Positions 17,337 to 26,569 of a stretch of DNA of 38,441 nucleotides are shown piece by piece. The DNA comes from Fibrobacterota bacterium (GTDB taxonomy: Bacteria; Fibrobacterota; Fibrobacteria; UBA11236), in contig JAYUVP010000113.1 in NCBI GenBank assembly GCA_043753995.1, positions 1 to 38,441 of the forward strand. Reading direction: 5' to 3'. The translations under genes and the position numbers were made by a program. Under the pieces are notes generated by a model that ran no database searches, had not been told where the DNA came from, and saw only the letters and a program-made list of their open reading frames with translations. Each line of letters opens with the position of its first letter. Positions within the stretch are counted from its first letter, which is position 1.

Positions 17337-17456
17337 AAGCTTCGCATTACCGTTTCTGTTGGGGTCGTCAAGCGCCTCTGGGGCGACGGCGGCCCACCCC
17401 TGTCTGCCCCTTGCCTCGCATGAAGGACTCGTCTGCTTTTGTTATTTAGATCGCAC

Positions 17457-17972
17457 ATGATTAAAAAATACCTGCATTCAATGTTAGACAAGGAAGCGGT
17501 CAAGTTAGGAGAGCCTGTCGATTGGGCTAAATATGTTGTGGACGCGACGCCGGTGACTTTTCTGAAATATGTAATGGCAATTCCACTATTGGCCCTATGG
17601 AAGCATTCCTCTGCAAAGGCCCTATCTGTAGCCCGCTTGATCGCCGTACAAAGTGAAGACTGTGGTAGCTGTGTTCAAATAGAAATAAACGCGGCCAAAA
17701 AGAGAAAGGTTGACCTAGACGTTATTCGAAACACGCTTCGAAAGAATTATGAGGTTCTTGAAGAACCATGCAAAGACGTCGCGCTTTTTACAGAAGCCGT
17801 TATAAGTCGATCTGGGAATGAGATGGAATTGGGTGAAATCCTCAAAAGAAAAATTGGAGAAAAGGCATTTGTGGAAATTGCTGTTGCTATTTCAACCGCA
17901 AGATTTTATCCAACGGTGAAACGAGCATTGGGCTTTTCCACTGAATGTAAAATTGAAAGTCTGAAAATATAG
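17457..17972 (+). CDS. AhpD/carboxymuconolactone-decarboxylase-like protein
   Basis: EDCGSC (CxxC) motif, helical composition, RFYPTVKRALG; markedly AT-rich; alternative TTG start 17439. Confidence 0.65.
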   Translation: MIKKYLHSMLDKEAVKLGEPVDWAKYVVDATPVTFLKYVMAIPLLALWKHSSAKALSVARLIAVQSEDCGSCVQIEINAAKKRKVDLDVIRNTLRKNYEVLEEPCKDVALFTEAVISRSGNEMELGEILKRKIGEKAFVEIAVAISTARFYPTVKRALGFSTECKIESLKI

Positions 17973-18040
17973 CGGGATAAAAAATGAAGGGCCCCGGCAC
18001 CCTGGGAAGGCCGCGAAGTAGAGCTCCGCAGCCCTAACCC

Positions 18041-19477
18041 TCAGCCCACCCAACTCCAGCTCGTGCTACCGTCCTTATTGTCTTTAAGCGTCACGCCGCG
18101 CGCCGTGAAAGCGGCCCGTAATTCATCGCTCTTCTTCCAGTCTTTCGCCGCGCGCGCCGCATTGCGCTCCGCCAGCAAGGCCTGCAAGTCTTCCGGCAAA
18201 GGCTTCACCGCCACCGCCGCAGGAGCCTCGGCAAGCCCCAACCCGAATAAGGCGTCGGCATCCGCCACCAAGGCCGACTTTTCCTCGTCGAGCAAGTCGC
18301 CGTCTTTCAGCATCACATTCAGCAAGCCCAGCGCCTGGGGAAAATTCAAGTCATCGCAGACCGCGTCGAGAATTTTCTCTTGCCATTGCTTAGCCAAGTC
18401 ACTTCGCAAGGCACCAGCGCGGCCAATCAAAGGATCGGTTTTCTTGCGCAAGGCCGCCAGCGATTCGCGCGCGCCGTCCAGGGCTCCATAACCAAAATTC
18501 AAGTAATTGCGATAATGGGCTGTCAGGCAGAAATAGCGGTAGTCCATGGCGCTATAGCCCTTTTGCAAGAGCACATCCAGGGTTACGAATTCCCCCGCGC
18601 TCTTGCTCATTTTGCCGCCGCCGCCCTGCTCATCCGGAGCTTCGAGCAGCCAGCCGCCATGCAACCAAAAGCGCGCGAAAGGCTTACCCGTGGCGCATTC
18701 GCTTTGCGCGATTTCATTGGTGTGATGCACGCGGATATGATCCGTCCCGCCGCAATGAATATCAAGAGTCGGCCCCAAATGCTTCATGGCCATGGCCGAG
18801 CATTCAATATGCCAGCCTGGAAAGCCACGGCCCCAGGGTGAGTCCCATTCCATTTGCCGCTGGGTGTCGGTGGGCGAAATTTTCCACAGCGAAAAGTCGG
18901 TGGCATTGCGCTTGCCTTGCGTCACCGCGATGCGCGCGCCCGCTTGCATGCCTTCAATGTCGAGCTGGGCGAATTCGGCATAGCGCGGAAACTTAGCCGT
19001 ATCGAAATACACTCCGTCACCTTCGATGAAATAAGTGTATCCCCGATCTTCCAGGGCTCGCACCAATTCGATTTGCTCGGCAATATGATCGGTGGCCTTG
19101 GTCCAGCGCGTGGGGGCCACCAGCCGCAAGCGATCCCAGTCCTTCATGAAGGCTTGGGTATAATATTCAGCGATATCCCAAACGCTTTTGCCTTCGCGTC
19201 GCGCGCCTTTTTCCATCTTGTCTTCGCCCGTATCGGCATCCGAAGTCAAATGCCCCACGTCGGTGATATTCACGATATGAATCACGCGAAAACCGAGTTT
19301 ATCCAAGGTGCGGCGCAACAAGTCTTCAAACACATAGGTGCGCAAATTGCCGATATGGGCGAAGTGATAAACCGTAGGTCCGCAGCAATAAACGCGGGCC
19401 ACTCCGGGCTCTATCGTGGCGAAGGCCTCTTTGCTGCGCGAGGCGGTATTGTAAAGGCGTAGGGTCGGTTGTGGCAT
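18041..19477 (-). CDS. cysS: Cysteine--tRNA ligase
   Basis: CGPTVY, HIGN, NITDVGH, GFPGWHIECSAM, HHTNEIAQ, KMSKS. Confidence 0.97.
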   Translation of the reverse strand: MPQPTLRLYNTASRSKEAFATIEPGVARVYCCGPTVYHFAHIGNLRTYVFEDLLRRTLDKLGFRVIHIVNITDVGHLTSDADTGEDKMEKGARREGKSVWDIAEYYTQAFMKDWDRLRLVAPTRWTKATDHIAEQIELVRALEDRGYTYFIEGDGVYFDTAKFPRYAEFAQLDIEGMQAGARIAVTQGKRNATDFSLWKISPTDTQRQMEWDSPWGRGFPGWHIECSAMAMKHLGPTLDIHCGGTDHIRVHHTNEIAQSECATGKPFARFWLHGGWLLEAPDEQGGGGKMSKSAGEFVTLDVLLQKGYSAMDYRYFCLTAHYRNYLNFGYGALDGARESLAALRKKTDPLIGRAGALRSDLAKQWQEKILDAVCDDLNFPQALGLLNVMLKDGDLLDEEKSALVADADALFGLGLAEAPAAVAVKPLPEDLQALLAERNAARAAKDWKKSDELRAAFTARGVTLKDNKDGSTSWSWVG

Positions 19478-19585
19478 GGAGGGGGAAAAGTTGCAAAAAA
19501 TGGCGGTTCCGGTCGGACCTCGCCCCAATACCCCCAAGGTTCAAGGAAAAGGACATTCGGGGGTGGGCTCGCCCTCCCCCCGCCT

Positions 19586-19632
19586 CGGCCCGCCTTGCTT
19601 CGCTGGCCCTTGTCGGCCTCGGCATCCCCACC
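19586..19632. repeat. GC-rich REP-like intergenic repeat, copy 1
   Basis: CGGCCCGCCTTGCTTCGCTGGCCCTTGTCGGCCTCGGCATCCCCACC; 38/47 identical by hand alignment to 29836..29881; enclosed by a GGTGGG...CCCACC stem. Confidence 0.6.
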
Positions 19633-19863
19633 GGATCACGCGGAAAATGGGTTTTGAAGACCCCTGGCCGCCGCGTCCGCACCAAGCACGCGACTTTCTA
19701 GTCCGCGCACCTCGCAGCGCAAGCGGGTTTGAATGAAACTGTATTGCAATCGGCCTCATTCTGAATAGCATTAGTCGATTCCCAATTTTACCTCCGGTTG
19801 CGCAATCCACGATTCGCAAACACTCTTCAATAAAACTCTCCGTGGACTCTGGAGGCATGTTTG

Positions 19864-21567
19864 ATGTTGATATCGCGCCCATTCAAAAAATTCTTGCAAT
19901 TGACCGTAGTCTTCGCTGCGACTTTATTTGCTAGCCAAGCAAACGCTCAAGCCCGCGTGCTAATTCCCGCCAAATCCGAGACCGGCGCCTTTGCCGATTC
20001 CATCATCGTGAATACCCTGTTGACCAAGGACAAAATTTGGATTTTGAGGGGTTTCGTCTTGGTTAAGAATGGTGTCACCCTTACCATCGAGCCAGGCACT
20101 ACCCTAGAAGGCGATGCCACGATCCGGGGGACACTGTTGGTGGATCGGGGGGCTTATTTGGTAGCCCAAGGAACCCAGTTGCAACCAATCACCTTCCAGG
20201 GACCGACTCAGGATCGGGGAAGCTGGGGAGGGATAGTCTTGCTTGGCAGGGCCGTGGCGAATCCAGGACCCTTCAACCAGTTTGAAGGGCTCTGGGGGGC
20301 TACTTATGGCGGTAATAACGATAACGATTCCTCCGGCGTGCTTGCCTATATGCGCATCATCGGTCCCGGCTTTCCTATAGCGGTGGACCGAGAGTTAAAC
20401 GGCCTTACTCTCTGCTCCGTGGGTCGCCGGACGGTCATTCATCACATCCAGGTGCATAGAGGCGACGACGACGGCATTGAATGGTTCGGAGGCGCGGTGA
20501 ATACCTCGCACTTAGTGGTGACCAATGCTGTCGATGATTCCTATGACACCGATTTCGGCTATTCGGGAAATAGCCAATATATGATTGCCATTCAAAGTGT
20601 TGAGCCGCCTCGCCAACGGGGTGGCACCAGCGCCACTCCAATCGAAACCGTAGGCGATCGAGGTATTGAATGCGGTAGTAATGGCGATCCAACCACTCAG
20701 CCTTTTACCAAACCAACATGGAAGAATCTCACCCTTATCGACAATGGCCGAAGTGGTGGTGCTTTTGAAGCCAAACAAGGCTGCGGTGGGAACTACGAAA
20801 AAATGGTCATAGTCGGTGGAGGCATAGACACTGCAATAAGCAGTTGGATGATGAATTTCGACGGCAAGGAAACCATAGTCGGAATTTCAGATCCTACCGG
20901 TTCCTACCTCAATTTCAGAAAAACCTATCTCACGGGTAAATGGAATAACGCTTTTAATTTTGTATCCAATCCGCTCGGTTCGCCTAATGGTGGTGCAACC
21001 GCGACAGAAATCGCGAATGCCCAAGCCATAGTCAATGTCACCATCAAGCAGCGCCCACTCAGCAGCATTGGCAGCTATGGACTCTACAATAACCTGAAGC
21101 CTTTGCTCGCCGAAATCGCGGCGGATTCCGCTGGCGCCATAGTCGGCAATGACCTTTGGTATGAGGGTTGGACCCTGCCGGGCACCGTGGAGTTTCCCAT
21201 GGGTCAGGTAGAAGTTCTGCCCACCCTGCACACCCAACCCGCCGGTGGAAGGGATACCGCCAGCGCCATCAAGCTATACCGACCCCTAGCATGGGACTTC
21301 GCGATCTTTCAAAGCCCGCCTTTGAACGGCGCCCTGAATGTATCCGCCAGCCAGGCCTTTCTGGATGGCGTGGACGTCAGCTCGGTTTTCCGGTCCTCGA
21401 TCTTGCCTTTCCCGTCTATGCTCGCCAATGGGGATCGCTTGTACCGAGCCATTGGCCAGTCGGGCTTTGTGTTCGGCCCTGCGGGATTGCATCAACTTCG
21501 CCTGAAATTGGTTCTGCTCACCGGCGAGGTGATTGACGAATCGTTTTATTGGAAAACCGTGGAGTAG
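19864..21567 (+). CDS. Secreted putative right-handed beta-helix protein of unknown function
   Basis: GGAGG RBS; signal peptide (ANA-Q); motifs TLTIEPGT, GSWGGIVLLG, DSSGVLAYMRI, ELNGLTL, DDGIEWFGG typical of a widespread uncharacterised secreted family. Confidence 0.7.
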   Translation: MLISRPFKKFLQLTVVFAATLFASQANAQARVLIPAKSETGAFADSIIVNTLLTKDKIWILRGFVLVKNGVTLTIEPGTTLEGDATIRGTLLVDRGAYLVAQGTQLQPITFQGPTQDRGSWGGIVLLGRAVANPGPFNQFEGLWGATYGGNNDNDSSGVLAYMRIIGPGFPIAVDRELNGLTLCSVGRRTVIHHIQVHRGDDDGIEWFGGAVNTSHLVVTNAVDDSYDTDFGYSGNSQYMIAIQSVEPPRQRGGTSATPIETVGDRGIECGSNGDPTTQPFTKPTWKNLTLIDNGRSGGAFEAKQGCGGNYEKMVIVGGGIDTAISSWMMNFDGKETIVGISDPTGSYLNFRKTYLTGKWNNAFNFVSNPLGSPNGGATATEIANAQAIVNVTIKQRPLSSIGSYGLYNNLKPLLAEIAADSAGAIVGNDLWYEGWTLPGTVEFPMGQVEVLPTLHTQPAGGRDTASAIKLYRPLAWDFAIFQSPPLNGALNVSASQAFLDGVDVSSVFRSSILPFPSMLANGDRLYRAIGQSGFVFGPAGLHQLRLKLVLLTGEVIDESFYWKTVE

Positions 21568-21664
21568 GGGATTAGGCCTATTTCTCTCCGGTAGTGATGG
21601 GCGGGCTAATCGCTTCGTATAGTCCGTCACGATTATTGGGATCGACAGCAAGAATAAGAGCGGT

Positions 21665-22807
21665 TTATTGCGTTTTCGTTTTTGGCGCGGAGATTTCGGT
21701 GTGACCCATGATGGAAATGCGTCGAATGACCCGCCCCGTCCTATCGACTAGGGTCACTGCATGATGACCCTTAGCACGAATGGAAAGGTCTACGAAATAC
21801 CCGTGGGTCCCGTTTCGTGAAAGGAGGGTTCGGGCCGGCCTTTCACCTCCAGCGTGCAGCTCCAGGGGATCCGGACTAAAACAGGCGGTGGGATCGCTCT
21901 TGGTCGCGTCTGGATTGTATTCCACATTTCGGCTATCGGTGCAGCCGATGAAATCGCCAGCCACGTAACGCATGGCACCGTACAAGAAATACTTGAGGTA
22001 GCCATTCTTGGCGGCATAGACATTGTTGGTGGACCAGCTATGACCCAAGGAAAGGTGGGCGACACGGCCCCGCCCATCCGACTTCGTCCAGGCAACCGGG
22101 TGATCGTCTCCCATGGGTCCATTGATCGACTTGGAAAACGACTTCTCGTCCACGGTAAGCAAAATGGTGACGCCCGGCCTGCCGCGTGGGGAGGCACGGA
22201 AGGAATAGAACTCGTCTAAAAAGCCGGCGGGCGCCGTCAAACCCTTGAATATCCCCTGGGTTTCCGCTCCTGTAGCCGTCCCTTCTAAATCATGGGTCAG
22301 GTTTGCAGTCGGCTGATTAGTACCGTGAGGACCGTAATAGCTCTCCACGAGAACCGAGGTTATCCACGTCCAATTGATAATGAAGTCGGATGCGGAATGA
22401 ATAGCAATGAACCCTCCGCCGTTTTTGACATAAGCTTCGAAATTTCTCTTCTGCGTGGAATCCAAGAAGCGGTCAACTCCATCATTGTAGCAGAATATCA
22501 CAGCGTGATATCCAGCCAGGCCAGCAGTCGAGAACTCGGTGGAAAAGGTGGAAGCGGGGGCATCCTGACCTAGAGTTGTTATTGTAAAACCTTTTTCCAA
22601 AGCCAATTCCGCGAGGGCTTTCATGAAGTCCGCTCGGCTTTCTCTATGCCCATTGATTCCAAACTGGCTTTTATTCAGCACCAGAATTTTTTTGAGCTTG
22701 GTTTTTGCCGGCGCTTGTCCATAGGCTACGGACGCGCCGCTTACCAGGGTCCCCATGATGAAGAGGAATGCCCCGACCCAGTAAGGAGTTTTTCTGACTG
22801 TCCTCAT
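21665..22807 (-). CDS. Secreted ThuA-domain (class I glutamine amidotransferase-like) protein, paralogue B
   Basis: Signal peptide; GGGFIAIHSA, DEFYSF, MGDDHPVAW, LGH; GCTD..YNPDATK..C linker; partial T9SS-like tail. Confidence 0.85.
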   Translation of the reverse strand: MRTVRKTPYWVGAFLFIMGTLVSGASVAYGQAPAKTKLKKILVLNKSQFGINGHRESRADFMKALAELALEKGFTITTLGQDAPASTFSTEFSTAGLAGYHAVIFCYNDGVDRFLDSTQKRNFEAYVKNGGGFIAIHSASDFIINWTWITSVLVESYYGPHGTNQPTANLTHDLEGTATGAETQGIFKGLTAPAGFLDEFYSFRASPRGRPGVTILLTVDEKSFSKSINGPMGDDHPVAWTKSDGRGRVAHLSLGHSWSTNNVYAAKNGYLKYFLYGAMRYVAGDFIGCTDSRNVEYNPDATKSDPTACFSPDPLELHAGGERPARTLLSRNGTHGYFVDLSIRAKGHHAVTLVDRTGRVIRRISIMGHTEISAPKTKTQ

Positions 22808-22828
22808 TTTCCCTCTATTTAATGGGAC

Positions 22829-24025
22829 CTAAAGCACGGTCACTCGATGCAGGGTTGTTTCCCCGCCCGACTTCGCCACCACGGTATAAATACCGCTCCT
22901 AGAGGGAACGGGAAGCAAGTAGCGGGTAGCCCCAATGCCCGCCTTTGTATCGATCACCCTGCCCGCCACATCCAGGACCATCACAGAATGCGCACCCAAA
23001 CCTCGCAAGTCTACTCGCACAAGCTGTTTGCCCTCCTCACGAAATATCATGGGTTGCGAATCTTTCCCATCGGGACGGAAAATCGAGCTGCTTAACTTGT
23101 GTATGCAGGCGGCGGGATCGTTCTTGGTTGCATCAGGGTTATACTCCTGATACGTATTGTCGACACAGCCTGTGAAATCACCGGACGCATAGCGCAAGTT
23201 GTTATACAGGAAGTTTTTCAAATAAGACCCCTTCGCCGTGAAAACGTTATTGGTGGACCAGCTATGACCCACTGAAAAGTGGACGACGCGGCCCTTTCCC
23301 TCGGTCTTAGCCCAGACCACCGGATGGTCATTGCCCATCGGACCTTTCACCGGTTGCGAATAGGAATTCTCCGCAATAGTGAGCAGGATGGTCACATTCT
23401 GCTTACCTCTCGGAGAGGCACGAAAGGAGTAATACTCATCCAAAAAAGCCAATGGCGCCGTCAGGCCTTTGAATATGCCTTTGGTTTCCGTTCCGTCCTT
23501 GATGCCCTCGGGATCGTGGGACATATTCGCCGTCGGCATATTATCGCCATGGGGCCCGAAAAAACTCTCCACGAGCACGGACGTGAGCCATGGCCAATTC
23601 TCAATGAAAGCCGAGGCGGCATGAATGGGAATCAGTCCGCCGCCGTTTTTCACATAGCCTTCCAAATTGGCTTTGCTCGTGGCATCTAAATGGGTGTGGA
23701 TGCCGTCATTGTTACTGAAGAGAACCACCTGATAGGTGGCCAGTCTCGCGGCAGAAAATTCTGAAGTCACCATGGAGGCGGGATCATTTTGGGCGATGAT
23801 GACAACCTCAAATCCTTTTGCCAGGCCCAATTCCTTGAGGGCGGCATTGAGGTCGCGCCTGCTTTCCATATGACCGCTGGCGCTATTGGCCTTGTCCACC
23901 ACCAAGATCTTTTTGAGGTTGGTCTTGACCGTTGCCTGCCCATAGGCAACGAAGGCACCGCATAAAGCCATTCCAAGGGGTAGGAATTTCATTGAAATCC
24001 TACCCTGAACATTCTTGAACTCCAT
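22829..24025 (-). CDS. Secreted ThuA-domain protein, paralogue A, with T9SS-like C-terminal tail
   Basis: GGGLIPIHAA, DEYYSF, MGNDHPVVW, VGH; tail VLDVAGRVI...SGIYTVV...RVTVL; start may be the second Met (MKFLPL). Confidence 0.85.
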   Translation of the reverse strand: MEFKNVQGRISMKFLPLGMALCGAFVAYGQATVKTNLKKILVVDKANSASGHMESRRDLNAALKELGLAKGFEVVIIAQNDPASMVTSEFSAARLATYQVVLFSNNDGIHTHLDATSKANLEGYVKNGGGLIPIHAASAFIENWPWLTSVLVESFFGPHGDNMPTANMSHDPEGIKDGTETKGIFKGLTAPLAFLDEYYSFRASPRGKQNVTILLTIAENSYSQPVKGPMGNDHPVVWAKTEGKGRVVHFSVGHSWSTNNVFTAKGSYLKNFLYNNLRYASGDFTGCVDNTYQEYNPDATKNDPAACIHKLSSSIFRPDGKDSQPMIFREEGKQLVRVDLRGLGAHSVMVLDVAGRVIDTKAGIGATRYLLPVPSRSGIYTVVAKSGGETTLHRVTVL

Positions 24026-24298
24026 GAATCCCCCTTCAGGTGGCGACGAGTTTTTTCAACAATCGCCCATTCCCGCCCTTCGTGCTATGGACCGAGGATT
24101 TATTTCGCTCTTTTTTAGAGAGCATTATATTCAAAAAGCATTGGCCCCCGATTTCAAGTGGGCATGACCCTTTTCGCCTAAAATCGCAACCACGGTGTAA
24201 ATTACAGGGGTCAAAAATGTTCGCTTAAAAGGAGCGGTAATTCTTCCGGATTTCTTGGTCGCGTCCTATTTCGGAATACCTTTCAAAGTGGAAACCCA

Positions 24299-25114
24299 AT
24301 GCCCGATATCTTCGTTTATCATGACTACCGGCAATTCCTTAAGGATTTCTATAAGGAACGTAAGCAGCGGGAAAAGAAGTTTTCTCACCGCTTTCTATCT
24401 CAGAAACTCGGATATGGGTCGTCAGGCGCATTCGCCGATATCCTGTCGGGACGTAAGAATCTGACCTCCAGTTCGGCCCTGCGCATGGCGCGCAGCCTAG
24501 ATCTCAGCCGCCAGGAAGAGGAATTCTTTCTGCATCTGGTGGCCTTCAACCAGGCCAGCACCCTTGAGGAGAAAAATTTCCACTACGCAAAAATCCTCTC
24601 CCTGGCGCGCGTGAATGTCGAATTCATCGCTCCCGAGAAATACGAATACTTTAGCAAGTGGTACTTTGCGGCCATTCGCGAATTGCTGTATTTCCATCGG
24701 TGCAAGGGGGACTTCAAGGCCTTGGGCAAGAAATTGAACCCGCCCATTCCGGCCGAGGAGGCCCGCAAAGGGGTGGAGCTGCTGGAGCGTTTGGGATTGG
24801 TGAATCGCGACGAACAAGGTTACTACCGCCAAACCTCGAAACTATTGAGCACCCCGGAAATCGGATCCTCTCTGCATGTCGACAATTTCCAGTCGGCGAC
24901 TCTCAAGCTCGCACTGGAATCTTTGGACCGCCACCCGCGGGAGCTCCGCGATCTTTCCACCCTTACCCTCACTCTTTCCGATTCGAGTCTCAAGCAAGTC
25001 AAAGCTGCGTTGAAGGCCGTCCGGCAATGCATCATGAGCCTTGCCGAAAAAGACGAGAATGTCGACCAGGTCTATCAGGTGAATATTCAGCTCTTTCCCC
25101 TGACGCATCGTTGA
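24299..25114 (+). CDS. TIGR02147/DUF4423-family protein (N-terminal HTH-like; Fibrobacter paralogous family)
   Basis: N-terminus IFVYHDYRQFLKDFY, WYFAAIREL, C-terminus VYQVNIQLFPL; recognised from family pattern. Confidence 0.85.
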   Translation: MPDIFVYHDYRQFLKDFYKERKQREKKFSHRFLSQKLGYGSSGAFADILSGRKNLTSSSALRMARSLDLSRQEEEFFLHLVAFNQASTLEEKNFHYAKILSLARVNVEFIAPEKYEYFSKWYFAAIRELLYFHRCKGDFKALGKKLNPPIPAEEARKGVELLERLGLVNRDEQGYYRQTSKLLSTPEIGSSLHVDNFQSATLKLALESLDRHPRELRDLSTLTLTLSDSSLKQVKAALKAVRQCIMSLAEKDENVDQVYQVNIQLFPLTHR

Positions 25115-25131
25115 ATCGAGGAATGAACGCC

Positions 25132-26523
25132 ATGAAAATGACGCACCAAGCGAAATGGGCTGTCCTGGGGGCAATGGTCACGGCTAGCCTGCTGACGCAG
25201 TGGGGTTGCGAAGGCAGCGCAACGCAAACCACCAATGGAGGATTGCATAGCGGCGAAATGGGCGGAGTCCTCGTGGATCGCGAAGGAAGGCCGGTGGCCA
25301 AGGCGAAAGTCCAGATTTGGGCTACCGGTGCCATCTCCCCAGGAATTCCTGGGCAAACAAGCAATGACCCGCCGGAAGCCATTACTGACGATCACGGCCG
25401 CTACAAAATCAGGTCCCTCGCCTCCGGTGAGTACAACCTCTTCGGGGAACAAGGCTCAGGTGCTGCAATGGTTCTCATCCCAGCGATTACCCTGGCGGAT
25501 TCCGGCTTAGACCTGGGTGAGGATACGCTCAAGCCTCCCGGAAAAATCATTGGCAAGGCCATTACCTCCGAAGGGCCCCTGGAAGGCGCATTCTGCTACC
25601 TACCGGGCTCTTCCTTCATCTCGATTTCCGATGAAGATGGATCCTTCGCCCTAGACCGCGTGCCTGAAGGCACCTACCGTCTCAAATACGCTGCCGCAGG
25701 ATATACCACTTTGACCGATACCATCGACGTGATCTCGGGCGAGGTTTTAGCCCTGCCCCCGCAGCGCCTTGGCCCCGACATCACCGTTCAGCCACCCATC
25801 CCCCAAGGCTTGCAAGCCGATTACGATACCGCGCGAGGCATCATCACCTTGCGTTGGAATCCGGTCAAGGTCTCGGATCTTCTCGACTATATCCTGTATC
25901 TCCAGGAGGATGGCAAGGACCCCATCAAGCAAGGGAGTCTCGGCATGGATACGGTGCTGACGGACTCTTCCTACCGCCTCCATTTCCTTCCCGACTGGCC
26001 CTGGGAAAGCCGCGACACGGGCACCTTGGTCTTCGTTCTCAAAGCCCGCGACAAGGAAGGGAATCTCAGCCGCCGCTTTTCTGATCCGGTCACGGTAAGG
26101 ATGACGCGCCCCCCGGTTTATCGCGGGTCCTTCCAGGTTTCCCCGGTAGGCGCTTATGATTCCTCATTTTGCCGTGACACAATACAATTACGAATCTGGT
26201 TCGAGGGCGCCTCACCAGGGCTATTCGGGGGCAATATCTTGGTCAGGCGTAAGCTGGACACGGTTTTTAGCGAGGAGATTTACAAGGAGACCTTGGTCCC
26301 ATTCCCCCTCGGAGATACCGCGGTATTCACCTGGTATTATGGCAAGACCACGGACACCCCCATTTTTAACGAGCAATATCCGAATCGCGAAACCTTCAAT
26401 GCGAGCGACTTCGCGATCGAGCTCACCTTGCTCGGACCGGCGGAATGGGCCCAGACCTTTACCGTGAACATGAAGACCACCGGCCCAGGATGCTTCCGTC
26501 CCGGCCCAGCCCGTTTGGAATAG
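25132..26523 (+). CDS. Lipoprotein with carboxypeptidase-regulatory-like beta-sandwich repeats and FN3-like domain
   Basis: GAGGA RBS; lipobox-like QWGC; TDDHGRY...L.SGEY and SDEDGSF...VPEGTY repeats; ITLRWNPV. Confidence 0.7.
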   Translation: MKMTHQAKWAVLGAMVTASLLTQWGCEGSATQTTNGGLHSGEMGGVLVDREGRPVAKAKVQIWATGAISPGIPGQTSNDPPEAITDDHGRYKIRSLASGEYNLFGEQGSGAAMVLIPAITLADSGLDLGEDTLKPPGKIIGKAITSEGPLEGAFCYLPGSSFISISDEDGSFALDRVPEGTYRLKYAAAGYTTLTDTIDVISGEVLALPPQRLGPDITVQPPIPQGLQADYDTARGIITLRWNPVKVSDLLDYILYLQEDGKDPIKQGSLGMDTVLTDSSYRLHFLPDWPWESRDTGTLVFVLKARDKEGNLSRRFSDPVTVRMTRPPVYRGSFQVSPVGAYDSSFCRDTIQLRIWFEGASPGLFGGNILVRRKLDTVFSEEIYKETLVPFPLGDTAVFTWYYGKTTDTPIFNEQYPNRETFNASDFAIELTLLGPAEWAQTFTVNMKTTGPGCFRPGPARLE

Positions 26524-26569
26524 CGGCTCTTGAATTTGGATCTGAACTTTCGCGCATTGAGGTGACATC

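Noticed and set aside
21578..21667. Possible stop read-through restoring the ThuA-B tail (…RDGLYEAI…)
   Set aside because: GLY falls about 13 residues out of register with the paralogue's GIY and the rest does not align; likely chance
24658..25131. N-terminal extension of the 621-aa ORF overlapping the TIGR02147 gene
   Set aside because: Shadow frame; RBS and lipoprotein signal point to ATG 25132
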